Assembly (NCBI GenBank): GCA_963769925.1
Contig: CAVYOB010000018.1
Coordinates: forward strand, 19,290-83,289
Direction of reading: 5' to 3'
Length of the DNA: 64,000 nucleotides
Source: an uncultured Prolixibacteraceae bacterium
GTDB lineage: Bacteria > Bacteroidota > Bacteroidia > Bacteroidales > Prolixibacteraceae
Position 1 is the first letter of the stretch. Every line of letters starts with the position of its first letter. Below, piece after piece: positions 41,301 to 50,026 of the stretch. Both the position numbers and the translations under genes were made by a program. Under the pieces are notes generated by a model that saw only the letters and a list, made by a program, of their open reading frames with translations, was not told the DNA's origin and searched no databases.

Positions 41301-44300
41301 AATACAACTCCTGATGCATTCTTTGCAACAACTGCTTCCAATAGTCCGGTATGTTCAGGTCAGGATGCTGTCTTCTACCTTGAAGGAACGGCAGGTGCAA
41401 CGGTAAGCTACAGTCTCGACGGTGGGACAACAACCAGTACAGTTGGTCTTGATGGTTCCGGATTGGCTACAATAACAATAACGGGAGTTACCGAAAATCA
41501 GACACTAACGTTGAGTAATGTTGATGATGAACTTTGCAACAAAGATCTTAATGGAAGTGCAACAGTAACAGTTAATCCGCTTCCCGATGCATCCTTTGCA
41601 ACAACGGCTTCCAATACACCGGTATGCGAGGGGGGAAATGCAGAATTTTACCTGACAGGAACAGCTAATGCCGTTGTTTCCTACAGAATCAACGATATTT
41701 ATGGAGAAACAAATAACACGGTTACCTTTAATCCATCGGGAGAGGCAACGGTTGTTATTAGCGGTGTGTCTAAAAATCAGACGATGCAACTGGTTAGTAT
41801 TCAGAATCCTGCAACAGGATGTGCCAGGCTATTATCAGTCTCTTCAATGTTGGAAGTTATGCCTTTACCTTTTGCATCTTTTGATACTCCTGCTTCCAAC
41901 AGTCCTGTTTGTTCTGGTGATGATGCCCATTTCTATATTTCAGCAACACCGGAATGTATTATAACTTACAATATGAATGGCGCTGCAGATAACGAAACGG
42001 TAACAATTGATGCTTCAGGCAAATGGCAGTTAAACTTTCCAAATGCACAAGCAGATATCACCGTTCAATTAATTTCAATTGAATATCCCGGCTTTTTATG
42101 TCCTGTTGGTCTTGAAGAAAGTAATACGGTTGTTGTTAATCCGCTGCCTGTTGCAACTTTTGCAGCAACAGCTTCCAACAGTCCGGTTTGTTCAGGTCAG
42201 GATGCTGCTTTCTACTTGGAAGGAACACCCTATGCAACTGTAACCTATAGCATTGATGGAGGAACAACTACCAGTAAAGTAGGTCTTGATGCTTCCGGAT
42301 TGGATACAATAACTATAAAGGGAGTTACCGAAAATCAGACACTAACGTTGACGAATGTTGATGATGAACTTTGCAACAAAGATCTTCTCGAAAGTAATAC
42401 AGTAGCAGTTAATCCGGTTCCAACGGCAACAATCAGTTATGACGATAGTCCATACTGCGCAACCGGAACAGCTTCTGTAACTCTTGATGGACCTGAGGGA
42501 GGTACATTTAATTGTGGTTCAGGATTGAACCTGAACGGAACGACCGGAGAAATTGACCTGGCTAACTCCTATCCCGGTAAATACAACGTAACCTATCAGT
42601 TCACCGGCGATGATGGTTGTCCTGGTTTAGCAAAAACAATAATTGAAATACTTGAGCTGCCGGAAGTCGAAGCAGGAATATTCGACGATGTATGTATGGA
42701 TGCCGGTGTTGTTGCTCTTCCAACAGGAGGTGTTTGGGTAGGAGATGGTGTTAGCGGAAATCAGACTGATGGCTATTTCTTTGACCCTACAGGTCATGCA
42801 GGTGATAATACACTGACCTTCATAGTTACTGATTCCGAAACCGGTTGTGAGAATTCAGATGAGGCAACTATTCATGTAAATGACCAGCCGACAGTAACTG
42901 CCGGAACATACGGTCCCGTTTGCGTTGATGCTGGCGATATAGCTCTGATTGGTACTCCTTCAGGAGGTGTTTGGGATGGAACAGGTGTAAGTGGAGATCA
43001 AACTTCCGGTTATGTCTTTGACCCAACCGGAAATATCGGTGATAATACCCTGACTTATACATTTACGGATTCAGAAACCGGTTGTGAAAATTACGATGAT
43101 GCAAGTATTCATGTAAATAGATTGCCAACAGTCGATGCCGGATCCTATCCAGCCGTTTGTGTCGACGGATCCGATGTTGAGCTGGTTGGAACACCGGCCG
43201 GAGGAACATGGAGCGGAACCGGTGTTACAGGAAACTATTTCGATCCGTCCGAAGGAACACAAACAGTAACCTACACTTACACCGATCAAAATGGATGTAG
43301 CAACTCTGACGATGCACTGATCACGGTTAACCCGTTACCGACAGTCGATGCCGGAACCTATGCAGCCGTTTGTATCGACGGATCCGATGTTGAACTGGTT
43401 GGAACACCGGCCGGAGGAACATGGAGCGGAACCGGTGTTACAGGAAACTATTTCGATCCGTCCGAAGGAACACAAACAGTAACCTACACTTACACCGATC
43501 AAAATGGATGTAGCAACTCTGACGATGCACTGATCACGGTTAACCCGTTACCTGAAGTCGATGCCGGAACCTATGCAGCCGTTTGTATCGACGGATCCGA
43601 TGTTGAACTGGTTGGAACACCGGCCGGAGGAACATGGAGCGGAACCGGTGTTACAGGAAACTATTTCGATCCGTCCGAAGGAACACAAACAGTAACCTAC
43701 ACTTACACCGATCAAAATGGATGTAGCAACTCTGACGATGCACTAATCACGGTTAACCCGTTACCGACAGTCGATGCCGGAACCTATGCAGCCGTTTGTA
43801 TCGATGGATCCGATGTTGAACTGGTTGGAACACCGGCCGGAGGAACATGGAGCGGAACCGGTGTTACAGGAAACTATTTCGATCCGTCCGAAGGAACACA
43901 AACAGTAACCTACACTTACACCGATCAAAATGGATGTAGCAACTCTGACGATGCACTGATCACGGTTAACCCGTTACCGACAGTCGATGCCGGAACCTAT
44001 GCAGCCGTTTGTATCGACGGATCCGATGTTGAACTGGTTGGAACACCGGCCGGAGGAACATGGAGCGGAACCGGTGTTACAGGAAACTATTTCGATCCGT
44101 CCGAAGGAACACAAACAGTAACCTACACTTACACCGATCAAAATGGATGTAGCAACTCTGACGATGCACTAATCACGGTTAACCCGTTACCGACAGTCGA
44201 TGCCGGAACCTATGCAGCCGTTTGTGAGGATGCCGATAATGTGGCCCTAGTTGGTTCTCCACCGGGAGGTGTTTGGGAAGGAACAGGTGTTAGCGGAGAT

Positions 44301-47300
44301 CAAACTTCCGGTTATGTCTTTGACCCAACCGGTCATTTAGGTGATAACTCGCTGACTTATACTTTTACAAATGGCAATAGCTGTGAAAATTCAGATGTTA
44401 CTTCAATTCAAGTAAACGATCTGCCAGTAGTTTCCGATATCACTCTCCAAATGACCATAGATCCCAACTCTAATGGCGGCTGGTTTGATGTAGAAGGAGA
44501 TTTTCCGAATTTTAATCAATGTCTATTTTCAGAAGTTCAGTATTTTTATTTGGACGTTGATCAGCTGGTATCATCAGTGGCTCTGGAACCGGGTGTACTT
44601 AACGGATTCAGGTTGACTCATGTTCCCGATGGATTCTGGGATTATTGGAACGCTAAGGGAGTTGACGTAAATACTCCTGTCCTGGGCGATATTTTAAGCG
44701 GGAAAGAACCTGTTTGCTATTTGAAATATACAGGTCCCGTTGATGACGATTATATCTTAATTGACGGATTCCTCGGTGGGAATAACCTATTCAGAATTGA
44801 CGGTGATTACCCGGAAGGCGATTATACAATTACTGGCACTGTTGAAGATGTTAACGGTTGTGTTTCCAAAGAATTCGACGTTAACCTCACAATTAAGCAA
44901 ATGCCAAGAATAGTTACTCAGCCGGTAAGTGTGCTGACCTGTAAGGGTAGTTCTGCAACTTTCTCAGTGGTTGCCTTTGGCACCGATCTAGAATATACCT
45001 GGTATAAAGTTATAATCGATGAGGATGCGCTTGAGTTAGGACATGAAGCAACATTAACGATCGATGACGTTAAGGTTGAAGATGCCGGGTCGTATTATGT
45101 AATAGTAAGTGGCGCATGCACTCCTGATGGTGGAGTTTGGTCCGACTATGGTGAACTCATGGTGAAGGAACTGGTTGTTAATCAAGCCTCAATACAATAC
45201 AGCGACCCTGTTACCTACACTGCAACTATTTATAATGCGGGCAAAAGGCTTTCATTTAACAGCGTTGATTTTATGGCAGGTTCAACCAAAATAGGAAATG
45301 CTTCAATGAATACTGTTGGCAACAATCTGGTAGGAATTCTTGCAGATGAACCTATGATTTTAGGTCCGGGAAATTACTCTGTTAAAGCAGAATTTAAAGA
45401 TGCTATTGCTACCAGTTCAGATCTGTTTGTGGATGATTGTACTATTTCCTCCGATATTGCTATTTCCTGTGAAGATGCTGATGTTGATTATATTGGTGTG
45501 AACATTATTGGTGAAGCCAATGTGAATGTGTATGAAGCACCGGTTGAACTGAAAGCAACGATTACGGACTTTAACGATAACTTCAGAGGTGACATCCGCA
45601 ATGCCAGGGTAAGGTTTTATAATGGCGAAACAGCTATCTCAGGTTGGCTAACTCCAACGTTAATTAATCCTGTTGATCCCACCCAGGGAATTGTAAGCAG
45701 CAATTGGCTTGCTCCTGTTCCTAAAGCGGGTTATACAACCTATGACATTATCGTGAAAGTTGGGACCGATGAAGGATACTATGTGGGTGAAGATATTTCT
45801 CCGTTAACGGTGTACAGAACCACGCTGAATGAATTTATCACCGGAGGCGGACATATAAAACCAATCGACTCGAAAGGTGAATTTGCCTCCGACCCGGGCA
45901 GGAAAGTAAACTTTGGTTTCAACATTAAATGGAATAAAACAATGAAGAACCTCCAGGGGAACCTCAACGTAATATTCCGTCGCGGAAACCAGATTTACCA
46001 GATTAAAACCAATGCCATGTCAAGTCTTGGTATCGATGGATCCGATCCATGTTCGCACAAAGCTGTATTTACCAGTAAGGCCAATCTTACTAATGTAACC
46101 ATCTCGGCTAATTCAGTAACCATTTATGGTGGTCTGCAATTGCAGGTAACACTTACCGACAATGGAGATCCGGGAGTTGCCGACATGATTGGTATTACAT
46201 TGTATAACGGTTCAGATTTAATTTATTCATCCAGCTGGCCGGTAAGTATGACCGAAGAATTGAACCTGCTTGGCGGAAACATCGTGGTTAACGATGGTTT
46301 AAAATGCAATGCTACCGACGTTACCCATACCATCATTACCTCAGATAAGAATCCGTCACTTACAGGAGATGTAGTTACTTTTACCGCTTCGGTATATGGT
46401 GCCGACGACGTTCCTGAGGGAAATGTTGAATTCATAATTAATGGTGCATCGATTGATAGAAAACTTGAATCCGATGGAACAGTTTCTGTTGATTACACAT
46501 TTGGTGAGTCAGGTTCTTATGAAATCGTTGCAAACTATACCAGCAGCAATGGCTATAAATCAAGTACCGGTAGTCTGACACAATTGGTAAACGGAATAAG
46601 CTTGGCGTTGAGCTCAACAAAAAATCCATCGGTGGTTGGCGATAATGTTACCTTTATTGCAGCATTCAAGGGCTTCAATGTAAAATTACCACAAGGATAT
46701 ATTGATTTTAAGGTAGATGGAAAATTCATAGGGCAAAGAAAGATAGATGAATCAGGCATAGCTGAAATTACAACCAAATCCGATGATCTTTCAGTTGGTG
46801 TACATGATATCTCTGCTCAGTATTATGTTGAAGGTTCTGAACCGGTTTCAATAATTCAGACCGTAATACCTGTCTCAATGACTCTTAATTCTTCTAAGAC
46901 CACAGTTGCTACCGGCGAATTGGTTGTATTAACCGCATCAGTAAATACAAGTGTATTGGAAGGGAAAACAGTAAGCTTCAAAGAAGGTGATGATAAACTA
47001 CTTGGAACCGCTGAAATTGATGAATCTGGAAGTGCTGTTTTGCCGCCAATCAGTTTTGAAACTGAGGGGACTCATACTATTACTGCGTCAATTACAGAAC
47101 CAAATTTATTAGCAACATTGGATTTGGTTGTACAGAAACCATGGATTGTGCTTCTTTCATCCGTTAATCCATCAGCAGATGGTCAGGCTGTTATATTCAC
47201 CGCCAAAGTAACCGGAGGTAACGATGGAAGAAGAGTAACCTTTACCACAGGAAGTACAGTAATTGAAGATACATTAAGTAGTGGAGATGCCACCTGGACA

Positions 47301-47981
47301 GCCAGCTTTACTGAAGGTTCATATTTGATCACCGCAACTTACTACGATGAATCAGGTACTAATCCAATCAGCGAATCATCTTTGACTCAGGTTGTGAAGA
47401 GTAATTTAACGATTACGCTTACGTCATCAAAGAATCCGGTTCAGTATAATAACGATGTAACTTTTACCGCAGTTGTGTCAGGATCTGTATTAGCCCCAAC
47501 AGGTGTTGTAACTTTCGATATTGATGGTGATCCAATAGGAAGTTTTGATATGCAAGAATCAGATAATGGTGTAGCAACATTAACTCATCATTTTAGTTCA
47601 ACTGGCAATTATCGAGTTACAGCAACCTACAATGAAATAACGGCAACCCTTTTGCAACAGGTTAAAAACAAAGTTAAAGCAGCTGAAATAATTACGGGCA
47701 TTGAATCTGTTATTGAATATGCCGACCTAAAGGTTTATCCAAATCCGTTCAGTGAGAGGTTGAAATTCGAGTTTGTTTCACCTGTCGATACTCATGTACG
47801 TATTGATATGTACGACCTTACAGGTCGACTGATCAGAACCGTATTTAATAATCAGGTTGAAGCAGAAACAAAATATACTACTGATTTTATACCGGAAAAT
47901 ACTGTGAGTGGCATGTATATCTATCGCATGATTATGGGTGAATCTGTCTTTAACGGGAAAGTTACCTATAAGGGAAAGTAG
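38352..47981 (+). CDS. Giant T9SS adhesin, intact 3209-aa portion (Ig-like, FN3, PKD, Gly-rich, tandem repeats, Big_3-like, CTD)
   Basis: PKD SWSWSFPGG; FTVP..VWGGGG.GG; SSKNPS..G..VTFTA; CTD VYPNPFSE..SGMYIYR; no signal peptide of its own, so the true start is probably 36797. Confidence 0.88.
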   Translation: MHSLHFSASNGVSWTADKTLTIKGWEGTAGSSGTAGKIYFGASTGTLTATQLSHITFEGYGGTAILLSDGELVPGAQPTITLTPTTLSGFTYVAGSGPSIEQTFTITGLNLTSDATITPSTNYEISKGSGENFIPVSSIESNFNDLNTGGSQIIYVRLKSGLPVGDYNNEEITITSTGAETKTVTCSGTAIAPPTLTVNPISLSFNYVESSGPSQLMSFNVGAANLTHNLIISSTNTHFEISASFSPFTPEDVIQLAPDYMNAATLKTFFVRLKAGLTAGNYNTVINITSEGAESKTVTCSGEVIPSILITEHPSTVGQTICLGATANTLSVTATGDELTYQWYSNKAQSNDGGSLIDGATNSSYTPSTALAGTLFYYVVVSDANNSATSNVSGAVIVNDLPSTATNPNPANGATGVSYTGLDAVSFVSWDAVSSATSYDVYFGEGSLPTSFTTVNTNSYSTGTLSPGTTYYWKVVPENECGKTTGTPAEWTFTTSGPTITVSAASFDFGAVCLNFNSSEQYYTVSGSGLNADIVITPPAGFEISKTSGSGFSSTPITLIQTGGSVASTPIYVRFSPTSAGSALGNIIHTCTGATIKNVAVTGTGMTAPVADFTGSPTTVSAGGNITFTDNSTNTPTSWSWSFPGGTPATSTNQNPLITYYSAGIYSVSLIATNSCGSDTETKTEYITVSEPVKIYTTPGGSTFTVPDNVYQITVQVWGGGGNGGAATVHLGAGGGGGGAYSSSKLSVIPGESYDLWVGQGAVSLANGQDSWFGSVTTVMAKGGEFGGANSITPGKGGSADMGYGDIKFKGGDGAGGSSSNSGGGGSSAGTNDPGNSATNYQGAEAPEGGGNGGDGINDGVPHAGYPGSVPGGGGGGPYCDGTGLQLGGNGADGAVIISWIPAGGCTPPDAPTAEAQSFCSSESNLVSDLFASGAEGATFNWYAVSVDGSPLNETDELSTGTYYVSQTVAACESERTAVDVTINTTPDAFFATTASNSPVCSGQDAVFYLEGTAGATVSYSLDGGTTTSTVGLDGSGLATITITGVTENQTLTLSNVDDELCNKDLNGSATVTVNPLPDASFATTASNTPVCEGGNAEFYLTGTANAVVSYRINDIYGETNNTVTFNPSGEATVVISGVSKNQTMQLVSIQNPATGCARLLSVSSMLEVMPLPFASFDTPASNSPVCSGDDAHFYISATPECIITYNMNGAADNETVTIDASGKWQLNFPNAQADITVQLISIEYPGFLCPVGLEESNTVVVNPLPVATFAATASNSPVCSGQDAAFYLEGTPYATVTYSIDGGTTTSKVGLDASGLDTITIKGVTENQTLTLTNVDDELCNKDLLESNTVAVNPVPTATISYDDSPYCATGTASVTLDGPEGGTFNCGSGLNLNGTTGEIDLANSYPGKYNVTYQFTGDDGCPGLAKTIIEILELPEVEAGIFDDVCMDAGVVALPTGGVWVGDGVSGNQTDGYFFDPTGHAGDNTLTFIVTDSETGCENSDEATIHVNDQPTVTAGTYGPVCVDAGDIALIGTPSGGVWDGTGVSGDQTSGYVFDPTGNIGDNTLTYTFTDSETGCENYDDASIHVNRLPTVDAGSYPAVCVDGSDVELVGTPAGGTWSGTGVTGNYFDPSEGTQTVTYTYTDQNGCSNSDDALITVNPLPTVDAGTYAAVCIDGSDVELVGTPAGGTWSGTGVTGNYFDPSEGTQTVTYTYTDQNGCSNSDDALITVNPLPEVDAGTYAAVCIDGSDVELVGTPAGGTWSGTGVTGNYFDPSEGTQTVTYTYTDQNGCSNSDDALITVNPLPTVDAGTYAAVCIDGSDVELVGTPAGGTWSGTGVTGNYFDPSEGTQTVTYTYTDQNGCSNSDDALITVNPLPTVDAGTYAAVCIDGSDVELVGTPAGGTWSGTGVTGNYFDPSEGTQTVTYTYTDQNGCSNSDDALITVNPLPTVDAGTYAAVCEDADNVALVGSPPGGVWEGTGVSGDQTSGYVFDPTGHLGDNSLTYTFTNGNSCENSDVTSIQVNDLPVVSDITLQMTIDPNSNGGWFDVEGDFPNFNQCLFSEVQYFYLDVDQLVSSVALEPGVLNGFRLTHVPDGFWDYWNAKGVDVNTPVLGDILSGKEPVCYLKYTGPVDDDYILIDGFLGGNNLFRIDGDYPEGDYTITGTVEDVNGCVSKEFDVNLTIKQMPRIVTQPVSVLTCKGSSATFSVVAFGTDLEYTWYKVIIDEDALELGHEATLTIDDVKVEDAGSYYVIVSGACTPDGGVWSDYGELMVKELVVNQASIQYSDPVTYTATIYNAGKRLSFNSVDFMAGSTKIGNASMNTVGNNLVGILADEPMILGPGNYSVKAEFKDAIATSSDLFVDDCTISSDIAISCEDADVDYIGVNIIGEANVNVYEAPVELKATITDFNDNFRGDIRNARVRFYNGETAISGWLTPTLINPVDPTQGIVSSNWLAPVPKAGYTTYDIIVKVGTDEGYYVGEDISPLTVYRTTLNEFITGGGHIKPIDSKGEFASDPGRKVNFGFNIKWNKTMKNLQGNLNVIFRRGNQIYQIKTNAMSSLGIDGSDPCSHKAVFTSKANLTNVTISANSVTIYGGLQLQVTLTDNGDPGVADMIGITLYNGSDLIYSSSWPVSMTEELNLLGGNIVVNDGLKCNATDVTHTIITSDKNPSLTGDVVTFTASVYGADDVPEGNVEFIINGASIDRKLESDGTVSVDYTFGESGSYEIVANYTSSNGYKSSTGSLTQLVNGISLALSSTKNPSVVGDNVTFIAAFKGFNVKLPQGYIDFKVDGKFIGQRKIDESGIAEITTKSDDLSVGVHDISAQYYVEGSEPVSIIQTVIPVSMTLNSSKTTVATGELVVLTASVNTSVLEGKTVSFKEGDDKLLGTAEIDESGSAVLPPISFETEGTHTITASITEPNLLATLDLVVQKPWIVLLSSVNPSADGQAVIFTAKVTGGNDGRRVTFTTGSTVIEDTLSSGDATWTASFTEGSYLITATYYDESGTNPISESSLTQVVKSNLTITLTSSKNPVQYNNDVTFTAVVSGSVLAPTGVVTFDIDGDPIGSFDMQESDNGVATLTHHFSSTGNYRVTATYNEITATLLQQVKNKVKAAEIITGIESVIEYADLKVYPNPFSERLKFEFVSPVDTHVRIDMYDLTGRLIRTVFNNQVEAETKYTTDFIPENTVSGMYIYRMIMGESVFNGKVTYKGK
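43131..44225 (+). repeat. Five near-identical 213-bp (71 aa) tandem coding repeats plus a partial copy
   Basis: GTCGATGCCGG at 43131, 43344, 43557, 43770, 43983 and 44196. Confidence 0.95.
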
Positions 47982-48003
47982 CATTTTATAGTAAGTCTGT
48001 TTT

Positions 48004-48034
48004 AATGCCCGGTTGCTTTCAACCGGGCATTTTT
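48004..48034 (+). terminator. Intrinsic terminator
   Basis: AATGCCCGGTTG-cttt-CAACCGGGCATT followed by Ts. Confidence 0.88.
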
Positions 48035-48092
48035 CTTATCAATGATAAAAAATAAACCTCAGGCTTATTAGAACAATTCAATAAAAAGGTTT

Positions 48093-48116
48093 TATCTTTG
48101 TTCGTAATATTGCGAA
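48093..48116 (+). promoter_or_regulatory. -7 promoter element with adjacent putative ArsR operator
   Basis: TATCTTTG (48093-48100) abutting the palindrome TTCGTAATATTGCGAA. Confidence 0.7.
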
Positions 48117-48122
48117 TAGAAA

Positions 48123-48422
48123 ATGGCAGTTGAAACTTCAATTACAGAAAAACAGCAAAAAGCAGCCCGGTACGCCAAAGCAATGGGACACCCGATAAGG
48201 ATGTATGTTTTGAATTTGCTTTCGAGCCAAAGCTGCTGTTACAGTGGCGATTTAAGCGATGAACTTCCGATTGCAAAATCCACGCTTTCACAACATTTAA
48301 AAGAATTGAAAGATGCCGGGTTAATCAAGGGAGAAATTGAAGCACCAAGAATCAAGTATTGCATCAATAAAGAAAACTGGAAAGAAGCCCAAATCCTTTT
48401 TAAAGAATTTATGGGTATCTAA
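48123..48422 (+). CDS. arsR: ArsR/SmtB family repressor
   Basis: AKAMGHPIR, SCCYSGDL, STLSQHLKELKDAGLI, YCIN. Confidence 0.9.
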   Translation: MAVETSITEKQQKAARYAKAMGHPIRMYVLNLLSSQSCCYSGDLSDELPIAKSTLSQHLKELKDAGLIKGEIEAPRIKYCINKENWKEAQILFKEFMGI

Positions 48423-48439
48423 AAATTTTGAAAAAATTG

Positions 48440-48455
48440 TTCGTTATTCTGCGAA
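48440..48455 (+). promoter_or_regulatory. Second putative ArsR operator
   Basis: TTCGTTATTCTGCGAA; same TTCG-N8-CGAA form as 48101. Confidence 0.6.
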
Positions 48456-48501
48456 CTACGAATAAAAAAACATGAATTATAAAGACTTAAAAATCACAAA
48501 A

Positions 48502-48735
48502 ATGAACATTAAAGTTCTGGGTACAGGCTGCCCCAAGTGCAAAGCACTTGAAAAAGCCGTTATTAATTCACTTTCCGAATTACATATTCAGGCGGATGTA
48601 AGTAAGGTGGAAGACATAATGGAAATTATGCAGTTTGGAGTAATGCGAACACCAGCCCTGGTAATCAATGAAAAGGTAGTATTAAGTGGTAGATTACCAA
48701 ATGACAAAGAATTGAAAAGTTTGTTAACTCAATAA
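48502..48735 (+). CDS. Small thioredoxin-like redox-active disulfide protein (MTH895/TM0996 type; ArsE-like)
   Basis: IKVLGTGCPKC, FGVMRTPALVINEKV..SGRLP. Confidence 0.9.
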   Translation: MNIKVLGTGCPKCKALEKAVINSLSELHIQADVSKVEDIMEIMQFGVMRTPALVINEKVVLSGRLPNDKELKSLLTQ

Positions 48736-48877
48736 TTGAAATCATTATGAAACGAACATGAATTGAACGAAGTGAAATCGTGTTTAACAATTTTAAGATG
48801 ATAAAATATACAAACAAGCATTTTAAAATTCATCGAGAGTTACATCGAATACAAATGAAATTAACAATTATAATAAG

Positions 48878-49285
48878 ATGAAAACAAAAATCAACATTGC
48901 AACATTAACCGTATTTTTTTCACTGCTGGTAAGTTTCAGCCTAACAGCACAAACTACTGCAAATACCCAAAAAGACGATAAAGCCAAAGTGAATGTCTAT
49001 TATTTTCATTTTAATACCCGATGCGAAACCTGTCGTGCTGTAGAGAATGAATCGAAAGCCAACATTTCGATGCTGTTTGGCAAAGATGTAAGTTTTGCTG
49101 CCTACAATCTGGATAAACCGGAAGGTGAAGCTAAAGGGAAAGAATTAGGCGTAAATAGTCAATCGTTACTGGTGGTAAAAGGCGATAAAAAAATCGATCT
49201 TACCAATGAAGGTTTTTTATATGCCCTTACCGATCCGGAAAAGTTTAAAAAAGTGATCGAAGAAAAAATCAAACCATTATTGTAA
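48878..49285 (+). CDS. Exported thioredoxin-fold protein, ArsF-like
   Basis: Signal peptide; VYYFHFNTRCETC; DLTNEGFLYA. Confidence 0.8.
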   Translation: MKTKINIATLTVFFSLLVSFSLTAQTTANTQKDDKAKVNVYYFHFNTRCETCRAVENESKANISMLFGKDVSFAAYNLDKPEGEAKGKELGVNSQSLLVVKGDKKIDLTNEGFLYALTDPEKFKKVIEEKIKPLL

Positions 49286-49286
49286 C

Positions 49287-49988
49287 ATGCAGGGTTTTTT
49301 AAATGGATTACTTGAAAACAGTTCGTTCCCGTTTATAACCGCATTAATTTTGGGGTTGATGACAGCGATCAGCCCCTGCCCCCTTGCAACGAATATTTCA
49401 GCCATTGGGTTTATCGGGAAAGACATTGAAAACCGAAACCGGGTTTTTTACAACGGGATAATTTACACCCTCGGCCGGGCAATTACCTATACTTTGCTTG
49501 CCGTTATTATTTTCCTTGGTGCCGATCAATTCAGGTTATCAGGAGTATTTCAGCGATACGGAGAAAAAATTATTGGTCCTTTACTACTAATAATAGGACT
49601 TATTATGCTCGATATATTAAAAATCAAATTTCCCGGTCTGAATACACTTACGCAGCGATTTGAAAACAAGGGCACAAAAAATTACCTGAATGTGCTTTTG
49701 CTTGGGATTTTATTTGCAGCAGCATTTTGTCCGTACAGTGGTGTTTTGTATTTCGGAATGCTGATCCCGTTAACAATAAGTAGTGCGTCAGGACTTTACC
49801 TTCCGGTTATTTTTGCCATTGCTACGGGAATTCCTGTTATAATTTTTGCATGGTTGATCGCTTTTTCAATTTCCGGAGTGGGCGTTTTATTTAACAAGCT
49901 AAAGATATTTGAGATTTGGTTTAGGCGTGTCGTTTCAGTAGTGTTTATGGTAGTTGGCATATATTATATCGCTACTGTATATTTTTAA
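49287..49988 (+). CDS. ArsG-like permease (CcdA/DsbD-type transmembrane domain)
   Basis: LGLMTAISPCPLATN, YTLGR, AFCPYSG. Confidence 0.82.
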   Translation: MQGFLNGLLENSSFPFITALILGLMTAISPCPLATNISAIGFIGKDIENRNRVFYNGIIYTLGRAITYTLLAVIIFLGADQFRLSGVFQRYGEKIIGPLLLIIGLIMLDILKIKFPGLNTLTQRFENKGTKNYLNVLLLGILFAAAFCPYSGVLYFGMLIPLTISSASGLYLPVIFAIATGIPVIIFAWLIAFSISGVGVLFNKLKIFEIWFRRVVSVVFMVVGIYYIATVYF

Positions 49989-50026
49989 AATTTTGTTTGT
50001 AATTCATTGAACGATCCGAGTATTGT

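Noticed and set aside
43131-44225. Tandem repeats as a possible CRISPR array
   Set aside because: The 213-bp units are in-frame coding repeats with no unique spacers, and there are no cas genes
48754-48785. Weak hairpin with GAACGAAGTG loop between the ArsE-like and ArsF-like genes
   Set aside because: Imperfect AT-rich stem with only faint resemblance to the 377/729 repeat
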